Shown piece after piece: positions 1-9,341 of a stretch of DNA of 39,268 nucleotides; position 1 is the first letter of the stretch, and every line of letters starts with the position of its first letter. The translations under genes and the position numbers were made by a program. This stretch comes from a virus (taxonomy: Duplodnaviria; Caudoviricetes), in IMG/VR virus record IMGVR_UViG_3300042890_001542, positions 1-39,268 of that record; one strand, given 5' to 3'. The notes beneath the pieces were generated by a model. The model made no database searches, was not told the origin of the DNA, and saw nothing but the letters and a program-made list of their open reading frames with translations.

Positions 1-2
1 GC

Positions 3-962
3 GCATTCATTGATGCTTTGGACGCTGAAATGGAAGGCATCAAGAAGGACGCAATGAAGGATGTCAACCGTCAGTTGTGGGGTACGTCAAACGGCGTTAT
101 CGCCCAATGCGGTACGACCACCACTTCGGCAACCGTCGTTCTCGCCTCAACCACAGGTTCGACCGCACTCCGTCAGTTGTTCTTTGACGGTGGCATGGTT
201 GTTGACATCGGAACCGTCGCATCCCCGACGACCGTTGCATCGGCTCGTACCATCACCGCTGTTGACGAAACAAACAAGACGATCACCATTTCGGGTGCAA
301 CCATCTCGACGACCTCGTCACACTTCGTTTTCCGTAGTGGTGCAGGTGGAGCTTCCAGCAACACAGGTCAGCCTGGCGACGGACAGATCGAATTGACTGG
401 TCTTCAGACCATCGTTGACGACACCGCAGTCCTTCACACAATCAACCCTTCGTCACAGCCGAAGTGGAAGTCCTATGTGAACAGCAACGGCGGAACCAAC
501 CGTTCCATCACCGAAACCCTCATTACTGGCTCCATCATGAAGACCCTCACCAACTCAGGTAAGAAGCCTTCGTTGTTGGTTTCGGCTGAAGGTGTCAACT
601 TGGCAATCAGCAACTTGTTGCTCTCATTGAAGCGCAACATGGAGCAGACTTCGTTGAAGGGTGGCTACGCAGGTATCCAGTTCTACAGCCCATCTGTTAG
701 CGGCAAGGGTGACGAAGCCCCCACCGCCTTGTACGCAGACTTCGACTGCCCGAACAACCGCCTGTACGGCATCAACCCTGAAGTCCTTACCTACCACCAG
801 GTTGGCGACGGATTCCAGTTCATGGACTTGGACGGTGCAGTAATGAACCGTAAGCCCGACGTGGATGCCTACGAAGCAACCTTGTACGCCTACGGCGAAC
901 TTGCTTGCCGCCAGCGCAACGCCCACTTCGTCATCAAGGACATCACCGAGGTGAGTATCTGA
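3..962 (+). CDS. Major capsid protein (5'-truncated)
   Basis: Frame is open from the window start (AFIDALDAEMEGIKKDAMKDVNRQLWG...). C-terminus YEATLYAYGELACRQRNAHFVIKDI resembles HK97-fold coat proteins. Follows the portal in circular gene order. Confidence 0.85.
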   Translation, partial: AFIDALDAEMEGIKKDAMKDVNRQLWGTSNGVIAQCGTTTTSATVVLASTTGSTALRQLFFDGGMVVDIGTVASPTTVASARTITAVDETNKTITISGATISTTSSHFVFRSGAGGASSNTGQPGDGQIELTGLQTIVDDTAVLHTINPSSQPKWKSYVNSNGGTNRSITETLITGSIMKTLTNSGKKPSLLVSAEGVNLAISNLLLSLKRNMEQTSLKGGYAGIQFYSPSVSGKGDEAPTALYADFDCPNNRLYGINPEVLTYHQVGDGFQFMDLDGAVMNRKPDVDAYEATLYAYGELACRQRNAHFVIKDITEVSI

Positions 963-1282
963 TGGCAGCTTCAGTCAGTATCACAACTGGCCCTGAAGTT
1001 CCGGGAAGCCGTAAGGAAGTCACTGGTGTTATCACTTTTGACTCGTCTTATGTAACTGGTGGCGAGGCTGTCACTTTGGCGCAGTTGGGTCTTTCACGAC
1101 TTGACTACCTCATCGTGACCGCTGTCAACGGAAACATCCCTGCGTGGGACGGATCAACCTCGTCGCCTAAGATCAAGTTGTTTTGGGTGGACACCACCAC
1201 AGACGGCGCACCGATGGCTGAAGTTGCAAGTACGACGGACGTTTCTGCAACGACTGCTCGTTTCTTGGCAATCGGCGCATAA
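962..1282 (+). CDS. Putative head decoration/minor capsid protein (106 aa, MAASVSITTGPEV...)
   Basis: ATG overlaps the capsid stop (TGATG). Small beta-rich protein followed by a terminator. Function inferred from position. Confidence 0.55.
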   Translation: MAASVSITTGPEVPGSRKEVTGVITFDSSYVTGGEAVTLAQLGLSRLDYLIVTAVNGNIPAWDGSTSSPKIKLFWVDTTTDGAPMAEVASTTDVSATTARFLAIGA

Positions 1283-1306
1283 ACCAAATCCCCTAACAAA
1301 CGAACG

Positions 1307-1338
1307 AGCCAGCCACTTTCGACGGTGGCTGGCTTTTT
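1307..1338 (+). terminator. Rho-independent terminator after the capsid/decoration genes
   Basis: Perfect 10-bp stem AGCCAGCCAC/GTGGCTGGCT with an 8-nt loop, followed by a T-run. Confidence 0.85.
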
Positions 1339-1355
1339 CGTATATAGTGACCACC

Positions 1356-1811
1356 ATGATTCGTGCAGCAAACCTCATGGGAGAAGTAGAAGGCGGTAGC
1401 CAAATGGCTGAAGTTGCCTTTGACGTATATGACATTGCGACCCGCATCCAAAAAGGTGACGAGTCGGGCTGGCGAGGTGATCCCAGCGCATCACTCATGT
1501 TCAACCCGATCATCGGTCGATTTGAAGTGTGGATGGTTGATGCCACCGGGACACCGTATGTCGCCTGCTCACACCACCGTGCCGACCACACTCTGATCGT
1601 CAAGTTGATTGAGGGTGACTGGCAAAAAGGTAAAGCACTCCACGAAGACCTGTTGAAAAAGAACAAAGCGATCCTTGCTGCTCACGAAACAGAGGAGAAG
1701 GAAAAGCGACTAGAATTAGCAGACAAGTTGCATTGGGCATTGATTAAAGATGTCGGCCACTTGGGTGGATCTAATAAGCGCAGTATCAGCATGAACGAGA
1801 AAGGCAAGTAA
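1356..1811 (+). CDS. Hypothetical protein (MIRAANLMGE...)
   Basis: First ATG after the terminator. Stop overlaps the next start. Confidence 0.7.
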   Translation: MIRAANLMGEVEGGSQMAEVAFDVYDIATRIQKGDESGWRGDPSASLMFNPIIGRFEVWMVDATGTPYVACSHHRADHTLIVKLIEGDWQKGKALHEDLLKKNKAILAAHETEEKEKRLELADKLHWALIKDVGHLGGSNKRSISMNEKGK

Positions 1812-2116
1812 TGGCAACCATTAACGCAAACACGGCAGGCTCGGCAACATTAACTGCCGATACTGTTGACACAATCAATTTGACTTGCCCGGCAACACGA
1901 CTCATTGTTTGGAACCTTAAACATACAGGTTCAACATTGTATTTCACTTTTGCTCCCGCAGCGACTGGTGCGCCTACACCAACGGTTGCTGGCAACAATT
2001 GCTACGCCGTAGCGCACGGGCCAGCAGGAGTTCTTGATCTACCAGCTTTGGGTGTTCCGTTACAAGTAAAAGTCATTTCGGCAGGCGCACAAGATTACAG
2101 CGTTATGGTGGTCTAA
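1811..2116 (+). CDS. Putative virion structural protein (101 aa)
   Basis: Translationally coupled, Thr/Ala/Gly-rich, within the structural module. Confidence 0.6.
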   Translation: MATINANTAGSATLTADTVDTINLTCPATRLIVWNLKHTGSTLYFTFAPAATGAPTPTVAGNNCYAVAHGPAGVLDLPALGVPLQVKVISAGAQDYSVMVV

Positions 2117-2763
2117 TGAACCTGGCTGACCTTCGTAACGCTGTCAAAGATCGACTGGCGATCCGTTCAGATGGTTCGGGCAACAGCCTTGACGGACTTA
2201 TCACTAACGCCTATGTGAACACGTCTATTGATGACGCACTCAATCGTGTCAGCATGGAGCGTGACTGGTGGTGGCTTGCCACAACCGCATCACTATCGTT
2301 TGATACAACTGACGGTGACGCAGCACTACCATCCGATTTCATGCGCGCCAACAAACTGGTCATCAACGACTACCCGGTCGAACCACTACCGCTGGACACA
2401 TTCCTAGACCCCAACGCAGATAGTAACGCTTACGGCTGGCTGGTTTACGGCAACGCTGTCAAGATCACACCGATCCCAACCACGACTACCCCAGGGACGT
2501 TGTACTACTTCCGTAGCGAACCAGCCCTCTCGACACAATCATCTCCCGATACCAAGTCACCGTTAATGCCCGTCGTCTACCACAAGTCCATTGTCGCCTA
2601 TGCCAGCCATCTTTGTGCGGCCCGTCGCCAAGACGAACAGCGTGCAGCGTTGTATCTCCAGGAGTACGGCAACTTCTTGAAATCAATGAGCGACGACAAT
2701 CGCGCGACTATTCACCGACGCATCAAGTTTTCACGGGCGATGTCAGACGCAGCCTGGAGTTAA
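2116..2763 (+). CDS. Putative head-tail adaptor / tail tubular protein A-like
   Basis: 215 aa with helical N-terminus (MNLADLRNAVKDRL), a central LPSDF motif and helical C-terminus, typical of podovirus adaptors. Precedes a ~500 aa beta-rich gene. Confidence 0.65.
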   Translation: MNLADLRNAVKDRLAIRSDGSGNSLDGLITNAYVNTSIDDALNRVSMERDWWWLATTASLSFDTTDGDAALPSDFMRANKLVINDYPVEPLPLDTFLDPNADSNAYGWLVYGNAVKITPIPTTTTPGTLYYFRSEPALSTQSSPDTKSPLMPVVYHKSIVAYASHLCAARRQDEQRAALYLQEYGNFLKSMSDDNRATIHRRIKFSRAMSDAAWS

Positions 2764-2766
2764 GGC

Positions 2767-4305
2767 ATGGGATCATTCCAAATCTCCTATGACGACTTCT
2801 CAGGTGGTCAATACATGGGCAACAGGTCAACGAACCTGCCCAAAAACACTTGGCACGGCAACGGCGTTGTATCAACACCCGACGGGAAACTGGTAGCTAC
2901 TGGCAGTTCGTTAGCAGCGACAAGAAGCTACCCATCAGGTACAACTGGAAAAATTTATGACCATTGGGTTATCGGTGGCGACTCATATGTTTTCATTGAC
3001 ACATTCAAATCTCCAACGTCGCAATCAGCACTTGTCAAAACCGCTGGTGTCAACAACGGTTCAACCTTCCCAATCACAACAACTACCAATAACCTGACAG
3101 GAACTCTCGCTGGCAAAGTCGCCTACTATCCAGCAACCTCGCTGTTCTATTACATCAGCACCGCAGGGACAATTTACTCTGTCACTACAACAGCAACAGT
3201 CACATCTGTTTCGGCGGCATTGGCGGGTCTTGGATTAACAGACATCGCTAGTTATGGATATCGACTTGTTTCCTGGGGCGGTACAAATTCCACAGCAAGC
3301 AAACGTCTTTACTATTCAGATACGACTTTGGCAAACTGGTCAACTGCTGGATACTACGAATTCAGCGGAAAAATCCTTAATGTGTTGCCTCGAACAAACG
3401 ACCTGCTAGTTATTTGTGATACCGGGGTCTTCAGCCTCGTTGGCGTACTTGGCTCATCAGTAACGAACCAACTAATCGTGCCTCAAGAAAATGTCACCGA
3501 AGGCATGAAAGACGCAACCATTGTCGGTCGCAATATGCATTTCTTAGACCAGCTTGCGAATGGTTCAATGGACGGTCGTATTTACCGTTTGGTTGGTTCA
3601 ACTGTTCAAGCAACAGACACATTAGACATTGTTGACGTTATTTCTCAAATAGGTGTTGAACAAGCCCGCATTATGGCTGTCAACGATGGTCGCCTTGTAG
3701 TAATGATGCGTAACGATGTTTGTTATGCCGAAACATCAAAAGGTCAATGGGGACGGCACACTGTTGGTACTGGTTATTCAATTGACCCAAATGCCACCAA
3801 ACAGCAGCAGGTCGGTCGAGCAGGCCCGAACTCGTTAAATGAATTCTTCGTGGTTGCATCATTTGGTACTTTGAGCGAACTTTTCATTGAACGGTTTATT
3901 CACAACACCGTACAACCTACGCCAACAAATGCAAACATCACTATTTCGGGTACTGGCACTAGTGCAAGTTATCCAACTGGTTCAGTAATTCTGTCCGAAT
4001 ATTGGCATTCAAAACCGTTCACCGTCAAAGAAATATTTGTTGAATACAGCGTCGCAAACGATACGTCATGCGTCCCCGATGTGAGTGTGTCAATTACCCC
4101 AACAGGAAACGTGGATGTTTTAGTAACAAACATCTCCAGCATGGTAGCCACTCCTGTATCAACAAGTCAGGCAAATACCGTTCCTAATACCTTTGTGTTT
4201 GACCGCTTTCGATCCAACAACGCCAACAAAAGTTTTGGTATCAAACCACAATTATTTTTCTCTGCCGTCACTATCAAGCGTGTGATCCTGAACTGTGAAG
4301 ACTGA
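2767..4305 (+). CDS. Putative tail nozzle/stabilisation protein (P22 gp10 / T7 gp12-like)
   Basis: 512 aa, starts with a DFSGG motif, beta-propeller-like composition (RLYYSD..W). Lies between adaptor and fibre. Confidence 0.6.
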   Translation: MGSFQISYDDFSGGQYMGNRSTNLPKNTWHGNGVVSTPDGKLVATGSSLAATRSYPSGTTGKIYDHWVIGGDSYVFIDTFKSPTSQSALVKTAGVNNGSTFPITTTTNNLTGTLAGKVAYYPATSLFYYISTAGTIYSVTTTATVTSVSAALAGLGLTDIASYGYRLVSWGGTNSTASKRLYYSDTTLANWSTAGYYEFSGKILNVLPRTNDLLVICDTGVFSLVGVLGSSVTNQLIVPQENVTEGMKDATIVGRNMHFLDQLANGSMDGRIYRLVGSTVQATDTLDIVDVISQIGVEQARIMAVNDGRLVVMMRNDVCYAETSKGQWGRHTVGTGYSIDPNATKQQQVGRAGPNSLNEFFVVASFGTLSELFIERFIHNTVQPTPTNANITISGTGTSASYPTGSVILSEYWHSKPFTVKEIFVEYSVANDTSCVPDVSVSITPTGNVDVLVTNISSMVATPVSTSQANTVPNTFVFDRFRSNNANKSFGIKPQLFFSAVTIKRVILNCED

Positions 4306-6605
4306 TGCCGTTCCAGTACACCTTCCGATCTGACGACATTACGACCTGGGACGTTGACACGCGCGACTTAGTCGAGAACCGTGACCGGGAACTAGAATTA
4401 TTTACCAGCACACTTGACGACTCGTTACTTAACCTAAACGCCAGCAACCTCACGTTGGGGACTGTACCATCGTCGCGCGTCACGGGTTCTTATACGGGCA
4501 TTACGCAAGTCGGAACATTGTCAGCTGGTGTTGCAAGTTACAGCATTGGTGATACTGGCCCTGCTGGGGGCAAAGTATTTATTACACCATCAACACCAGG
4601 CAATACGACAGGTTTATATTTTGAAGTTGCTTTAATATCAGCGGAAGTAGAAAGAACTTGGGCACAATTTGCACCAATAAACTATACGTCTACATCAGTC
4701 TTTGTATCTAACAATATTGGAACAGGTAAAGCAAATACTGTTAACATTATCAATCAAGGCAACAGCAACCCTGACACTTGCGCCGCAAAATATTGTAATG
4801 ATTTTACATACGGCGGTTTTAGTGATTGGGTTTTGCCGTCACTAGACGAACTCGCCCAAATTTATACAAACAGGGTTGTTATTGGAAACAATTTTGCTGG
4901 TAAATCTTATTACAGTTCTTCTGCATATGACGACGCTCGCGCGTATTGGCTGGATGGCTCTACTGGCAATCAGAACTACGGCTCCAAGTCCACCGCGCTC
5001 TTTGTCCGTCCAGTACGTTCTTTTTCAGCAACTGGGCTGAATGTTCTTGGGTCGGCAGTAGTACGAACGGCCGCCACTCAAGACGGTGTAAATCTTACTG
5101 GTCGAGCTGGTGGCACATCCGATTATGTTGTCAACATTTTGCCAACAACTTTGACCGCAAGTCAGACTGTCACTTTGCCCGACGCTACGGGAACGGTAAT
5201 TACGACGGGCAACTTGTCAAGCATTACTTCAGTTGGCACGCTTACGGGTCTTGCATCGTCGGGGCAGATTACAGTAAATCGTGGTTCGTTGGGGACGCTA
5301 GCTTTTAACTTCTTAACAGCCATCAATGCATATGCTGAAACATCTGACGGCGACTCTTTGTTAACTCGTATTCGCCGTATAAATAACGGTTCAACTTGGC
5401 AAACAGCAGCGTGGCGTATTTCTCGTCAGGTTGGCAGCACAAATATGGGGTTTGTTCAGTTTGGTGATGGCGCGGGCGGCCAGTTTGTTCAGTTTGGTGT
5501 TGACAATACTGTGTACGGATATGTGGGTACGGCAGGCTTTTTCGGTGTTGGCACAAACTTAACTTCGTTAAACGCATCAAACTTGTCTAGCGGTACTGTT
5601 GCTTCTGCTCGACTGAGTGGTGCATACACAGGCATTACAGGTGTTGGCACTTTGACCGGGTTGACTATTGGTGGGGCAGGGGCAAACAGGTTTATCACTA
5701 TCAACGCTCCTACTGGCTTCTACGCAATTCAATACTTCCAAATCAATGGTGTTTTCAAGTGGCATTACGAAGTCAACCCTGCTGGCGACAGGTGGTCTTT
5801 AGTTCAGACGGGTGTGGCTGAACGAATTGGTGTAGATAGTGCGAGGTTAGCGTTTGATGGTGCTGGCTCTCCCTCTATTCAAATGGGTGACTGGTCTTCC
5901 GACTCCTCGTATTCGGCTATTCAGACCAGTAGAGGCTATTTGCTTCTTGGTCGTGCTTCCGCTGATGATGGCATATTTTTGCGTTCTAGTGGCGTGGGGG
6001 CAATACACATTGGTGCAAATGGGCAGAATGCGCTTATAGTTGGTTCTTCTGGTATTACTGTTTCAGGCAATTATCAAGGGAATGTTACTTACGGTTTTTA
6101 TGGTTCTTTAAGCATAAGTGGCTCTAACAATGGTTGGGCAGGAATTGCGTTTCCTACTGCATCGGGAACACTAATGATGGGAACGGGTGCTGGGCAAGAG
6201 TTTGGGCATTACAAAAACAACAATACATGGAACTTCTATGTTACAAACGGAACTTTTGTTCCGTCAGACGCAAGATATAAAAGAGACATTGAACCGTTAG
6301 AACACGGAATGAATTTTATACGAGAAATTGTTCCTGTCACTTATGATCCATTAACAGAAAATACTGACGATGACCCTGAAGCGACTGTTGGTAGAACCCA
6401 TTATGGGTTTACAACACAAAACATCATTGAGGCACTTACAAATGCAGGAGAAACACGAGATGTTGCTGTTGTGGACATTGGTGGGCCGTCAACCGAAGGA
6501 ACCAATAGCGACCGCCAGTATTTGAACCATTCAGCACTTATCGCCCCTATGGTTAAGGCAATACAAGAGTTAGACGCTCGACTACAACAATTGGAGACAG
6601 TATGA
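4305..6605 (+). CDS. Tail fibre with internal Lcl/DUF1566 C-type-lectin-like domain and C-terminal peptidase S74 chaperone
   Basis: Repeats LNASNL..GTV...R..G.YTGIT.VGTL; YSIGDTGPAGG...GGFSDWVLPSLDEL...VRPVRSF; C-terminal PSDARYKRDI...HYGFTTQ...LIAPMVKAIQEL. Confidence 0.85.
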   Translation: MPFQYTFRSDDITTWDVDTRDLVENRDRELELFTSTLDDSLLNLNASNLTLGTVPSSRVTGSYTGITQVGTLSAGVASYSIGDTGPAGGKVFITPSTPGNTTGLYFEVALISAEVERTWAQFAPINYTSTSVFVSNNIGTGKANTVNIINQGNSNPDTCAAKYCNDFTYGGFSDWVLPSLDELAQIYTNRVVIGNNFAGKSYYSSSAYDDARAYWLDGSTGNQNYGSKSTALFVRPVRSFSATGLNVLGSAVVRTAATQDGVNLTGRAGGTSDYVVNILPTTLTASQTVTLPDATGTVITTGNLSSITSVGTLTGLASSGQITVNRGSLGTLAFNFLTAINAYAETSDGDSLLTRIRRINNGSTWQTAAWRISRQVGSTNMGFVQFGDGAGGQFVQFGVDNTVYGYVGTAGFFGVGTNLTSLNASNLSSGTVASARLSGAYTGITGVGTLTGLTIGGAGANRFITINAPTGFYAIQYFQINGVFKWHYEVNPAGDRWSLVQTGVAERIGVDSARLAFDGAGSPSIQMGDWSSDSSYSAIQTSRGYLLLGRASADDGIFLRSSGVGAIHIGANGQNALIVGSSGITVSGNYQGNVTYGFYGSLSISGSNNGWAGIAFPTASGTLMMGTGAGQEFGHYKNNNTWNFYVTNGTFVPSDARYKRDIEPLEHGMNFIREIVPVTYDPLTENTDDDPEATVGRTHYGFTTQNIIEALTNAGETRDVAVVDIGGPSTEGTNSDRQYLNHSALIAPMVKAIQELDARLQQLETV

Positions 6606-6745
6606 ACCAGGAAATAGACGCAAACAAAGTCGTAGAGTCACTACTACGCCAAATACTTGAGTATGCTCAAAAAGTAGCGGTACTAGAAGCCCGCCTCAAC
6701 AGCACACCAGGAGAACCCAATGTCGAAACCGAGCCTGCTGACTGA
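6602..6745 (+). CDS. Small coiled-coil protein (47 aa, MNQEIDANKVVESLLRQ...)
   Basis: Not in the ORF track. ATGA overlap with the tail fibre stop and GGAG RBS upstream. Confidence 0.65.
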   Translation: MNQEIDANKVVESLLRQILEYAQKVAVLEARLNSTPGEPNVETEPAD

Positions 6746-6971
6746 TATCTCAGCAATCAACAACGCTAGGTATGTCCCGGTGTGCGGATACCAAACCCTG
6801 TTAGACACCCTAGACAAACCTGACAAGGTTGACCTAGAAACCGCCATGTCCGACCAAAGCATCCAATGTTCCGCAATTGAGCGAGCGTTACGCCAACGAG
6901 GGAACAGCATCACAGCGACGACACTACGCCGTCACCGACGAGGGGACTGTTGTTGTGGCAGGACTAGCTGA
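6720..6971 (+). CDS. Hypothetical protein, possible HTH (..TTLRRHRRGDCCC)
   Basis: AGGAG RBS upstream. Directly precedes the metallophosphoesterase. Confidence 0.65.
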   Translation: MSKPSLLTDISAINNARYVPVCGYQTLLDTLDKPDKVDLETAMSDQSIQCSAIERALRQRGNSITATTLRRHRRGDCCCGRTS

Positions 6972-8100
6972 AGACATCACCCGCCTAGGCGAAACCAAAC
7001 GACTTTCGCTGGGTCGCATCGCAGACCTACTCGACCGCAACGGCATCGACCTAGACGAGGTAGGCAAGATTCAGCGTGTCTCGCTGTACCAGTCGCTTAC
7101 GAAGAACGACGAAGGCGAAGCCGAACTACACGACCTGACAGCAATCCAGTTCTCGCCCAAATGGGCAGAAGGCCCCGAATGGCCAGTTATCCAGCCAGGG
7201 CCAGTAGTCAAACTCCCAGCCCGCAAACCCGCCAAAACTGTCTCAGGGTGGCGTAATTGTGCCATCCTTCCCGATATGCAGATTGGCTACTACAGAGGCG
7301 TAGACGGGCAACTACAACCCACACACGACGAGCGGGCGATCAAGGTCGCATTAGATATCGTCAAAGATGCCAACCCGCAACTTGTGGTACTTGTAGGCGA
7401 CAACTTAGACCTTCCCGAAATGTCCAAATACCGTCTCACCGCCCCATACCAGCAGACCACCCAAGCCACCATCGACCGTGCCACCCTGCTCGGTTTTGAA
7501 CTTCGTGAAGCAGCACCCGACGCACGAATCGTATGGCTCGCAGGCAACCACGAAGAACGACTCCCCAGGTACTTGATAGACAACGCCAGCGCAGCGTTCG
7601 GTCTTCGACGAGGCTCATCCCCCGAATCATGGCCAGTCATGTCAGTACCGTTCCTATGCCGACTAGACGAATCCAACGTGGAATACCTACCTGGATACCC
7701 TGCCAGCCACATTTGGATCACAGAGAATCTTAAAGTGATACACGGCGACAAGGTTGCTAGTGGTGGATCAACCGCACACAAATACCTCGCCACCCAAAAG
7801 GTCAGCGTGATCTACGGACATATCCACCGTCGAGAATGGGCAGAGCGCACACGAGACGACCACGACGGCCCATCCACGATCCTCGCAGCATCGCCAGGTT
7901 GCCTAGCTCGCATAGACGGCGCAGTCCCCAGCACCAAAGGTGGCGTAGACCTAGACGGCAGACCCCTCGTCCAGCACGAAGACTGGCAACAAGGACTAGC
8001 CATCATCCCGTTTGACCCCGAAAGCAACAAGTTCTGTTACGAACAGATCGCTATCCACGACGGATGGGCGATGTGGCGTGGTAAGAATTACGGGCAATGA
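6955..8100 (+). CDS. Calcineurin-like metallophosphoesterase
   Basis: Motifs PDMQ, VGDNLD, AGNHE, IHGD and GHIH. GTG at 6955 preferred because AGGGGA lies upstream. Confidence 0.85.
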   Translation: MAGLAEDITRLGETKRLSLGRIADLLDRNGIDLDEVGKIQRVSLYQSLTKNDEGEAELHDLTAIQFSPKWAEGPEWPVIQPGPVVKLPARKPAKTVSGWRNCAILPDMQIGYYRGVDGQLQPTHDERAIKVALDIVKDANPQLVVLVGDNLDLPEMSKYRLTAPYQQTTQATIDRATLLGFELREAAPDARIVWLAGNHEERLPRYLIDNASAAFGLRRGSSPESWPVMSVPFLCRLDESNVEYLPGYPASHIWITENLKVIHGDKVASGGSTAHKYLATQKVSVIYGHIHRREWAERTRDDHDGPSTILAASPGCLARIDGAVPSTKGGVDLDGRPLVQHEDWQQGLAIIPFDPESNKFCYEQIAIHDGWAMWRGKNYGQ

Positions 8101-8417
8101 AACCTGTACTTGTCATATGGAACGATGCCCATGCCGGGACATCCACATGGGAACGCATTGAAGACCTTGTGGACAACGAGCCGTACGAAGTTAAGTCTGT
8201 CGGTTTCTTAATGACAACCAAGGCTGGTGGCAAGCGTAGTCACGTCTCGATCACCCAATCTTGGTCGGCTGATGGCTGTGTAGACTCAGTTCTCCATATC
8301 CCTGCCAAGATGGTTGTCAGGGTCATTAACTTGGCCGAGGAAACCTATGAATATCTCAATAAAACTGGTACAAACAGCCCTGCATTACCTGAAGCGCGCA
8401 ACCCCACGGGGTCGTGA
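8097..8417 (+). CDS. Hypothetical protein (MKPVLVIWNDAH...)
   Basis: ATGA overlap with the phosphoesterase stop. Small beta-rich protein. Confidence 0.7.
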   Translation: MKPVLVIWNDAHAGTSTWERIEDLVDNEPYEVKSVGFLMTTKAGGKRSHVSITQSWSADGCVDSVLHIPAKMVVRVINLAEETYEYLNKTGTNSPALPEARNPTGS

Positions 8418-8481
8418 AGAAGAAGACGAACTAGCCAATTTGATCTATGCGTTAGAGAAGTTGCTCGACAAGAAAAAGTAA
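8347..8481 (+). CDS. Small hypothetical protein (44 aa, MNISIKLVQTALHYLKR...)
   Basis: Not in the ORF track. GAGGA RBS upstream. Stop lies 1 nt before the next ATG. Confidence 0.55.
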   Translation: MNISIKLVQTALHYLKRATPRGREEEDELANLIYALEKLLDKKK

Positions 8482-8482
8482 A

Positions 8483-8677
8483 ATGGGCAGCGACTACAAC
8501 ATTCACGCACCCAACGACGACAATTACTACTACTGTCCGTCCAAAGACTGCCCATGCAACGGAAGTTCCACCCACCGGGACGACTACTGGCGCAACAATT
8601 CCTACGGTTACGACTCAACCGCCGACTATGAAGAAGCTCACGCCAACTTCAAACGAGTCTTCCCCGATTATGACTAG
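8483..8677 (+). CDS. Hypothetical protein (64 aa)
   Basis: Tightly packed ORF within the operon. Confidence 0.55.
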   Translation: MGSDYNIHAPNDDNYYYCPSKDCPCNGSSTHRDDYWRNNSYGYDSTADYEEAHANFKRVFPDYD

Positions 8678-8687
8678 ACTATAAGCC

Positions 8688-8843
8688 ATGACTAGGGCAG
8701 TAAAGACAGCATTAACAGCATCAATAGTGCTAGCCTGCGCTTTACTATCCCAATGCTCAGACAGGTACAGGTATCCTTGTGACAACCCCGCCAACATCGG
8801 AAAACCCGAATGCTCGCCCGCAACGGTCAGTCCCGCCCCGTAA
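8688..8843 (+). CDS. Small exported/lipoprotein-like protein (51 aa, MTRAVKTALTASIVLACALLSQCSDRYRYPCDNPAN...)
   Basis: Not in the ORF track. Basic N-terminus, hydrophobic stretch, Cys, then YRYPC..P.N...EC. Lipobox is imperfect. Confidence 0.6.
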   Translation: MTRAVKTALTASIVLACALLSQCSDRYRYPCDNPANIGKPECSPATVSPAP

Positions 8844-8850
8844 AAAGCGC

Positions 8851-9096
8851 ATGAATCAAAACGAACTAGACGCTCGACTGCGCTTCTATGTCGGTATCGG
8901 ACTTATCATCATCGTCGGACTAATCGTCTGCACAATGCTCTACGGACTGCTATTCGTCGTACAGCCCCTAGACTCACAATCGCCTAATGACAAAGCAATG
9001 CTTGATATGCTCGGCCCGATTTGCTATACATTGGTGGGAGCTGCCGTCGGGATAGTCGCGACACGCAACAACCGCCAAGACCCACCATCCGAATAA
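8851..9096 (+). CDS. Putative holin (two transmembrane helices)
   Basis: Two hydrophobic segments (FYVGIGLIIIVGLIVCTMLYGLLFVV; MLGPICYTLVGAAVGIVA), upstream of the endolysin. Confidence 0.55.
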   Translation: MNQNELDARLRFYVGIGLIIIVGLIVCTMLYGLLFVVQPLDSQSPNDKAMLDMLGPICYTLVGAAVGIVATRNNRQDPPSE

Positions 9097-9109
9097 CCAG
9101 GAGCCTGCC

Positions 9110-9319
9110 ATGCCTCTCATCCAAGCCAACATCATCTTTACTATTGACACAGACTTTGTGCCACCCGAAATACCGGGAATGGACACCCACGACGGCGATG
9201 TCGTTCCACCCATCTCAGGTGCTGAACAAGTCGTGTACGAAGTATTCAAGAAGATACAAGAAGTGCTACCCGAAAAGGTACACGCCTTCATACACACATC
9301 TACCCTGCTAGATCGCTAG
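9110..9319 (+). CDS. Hypothetical protein (69 aa)
   Basis: AGGAG RBS upstream. Confidence 0.65.
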   Translation: MPLIQANIIFTIDTDFVPPEIPGMDTHDGDVVPPISGAEQVVYEVFKKIQEVLPEKVHAFIHTSTLLDR

Positions 9320-9341
9320 TTCTTCTGCTAGCGTGTCTGAA

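Noticed and set aside
1224-1355. Upstream extension of the 1224-1811 ORF (similarly the 905, 6877, 8779, 10013, 24902 and 33637 starts)
   Set aside because: These extensions overlap neighbouring genes or a terminator. Downstream coupled starts are more plausible.
8490-8560. AAC/TAC-rich stretch sharing TGTCCGTCCA with the tail-fibre variable region, considered as a DGR template repeat
   Set aside because: Flanking positions mismatch at non-adenine bases, so it fails the adenine-only rule. It also lies within a plausible ORF.
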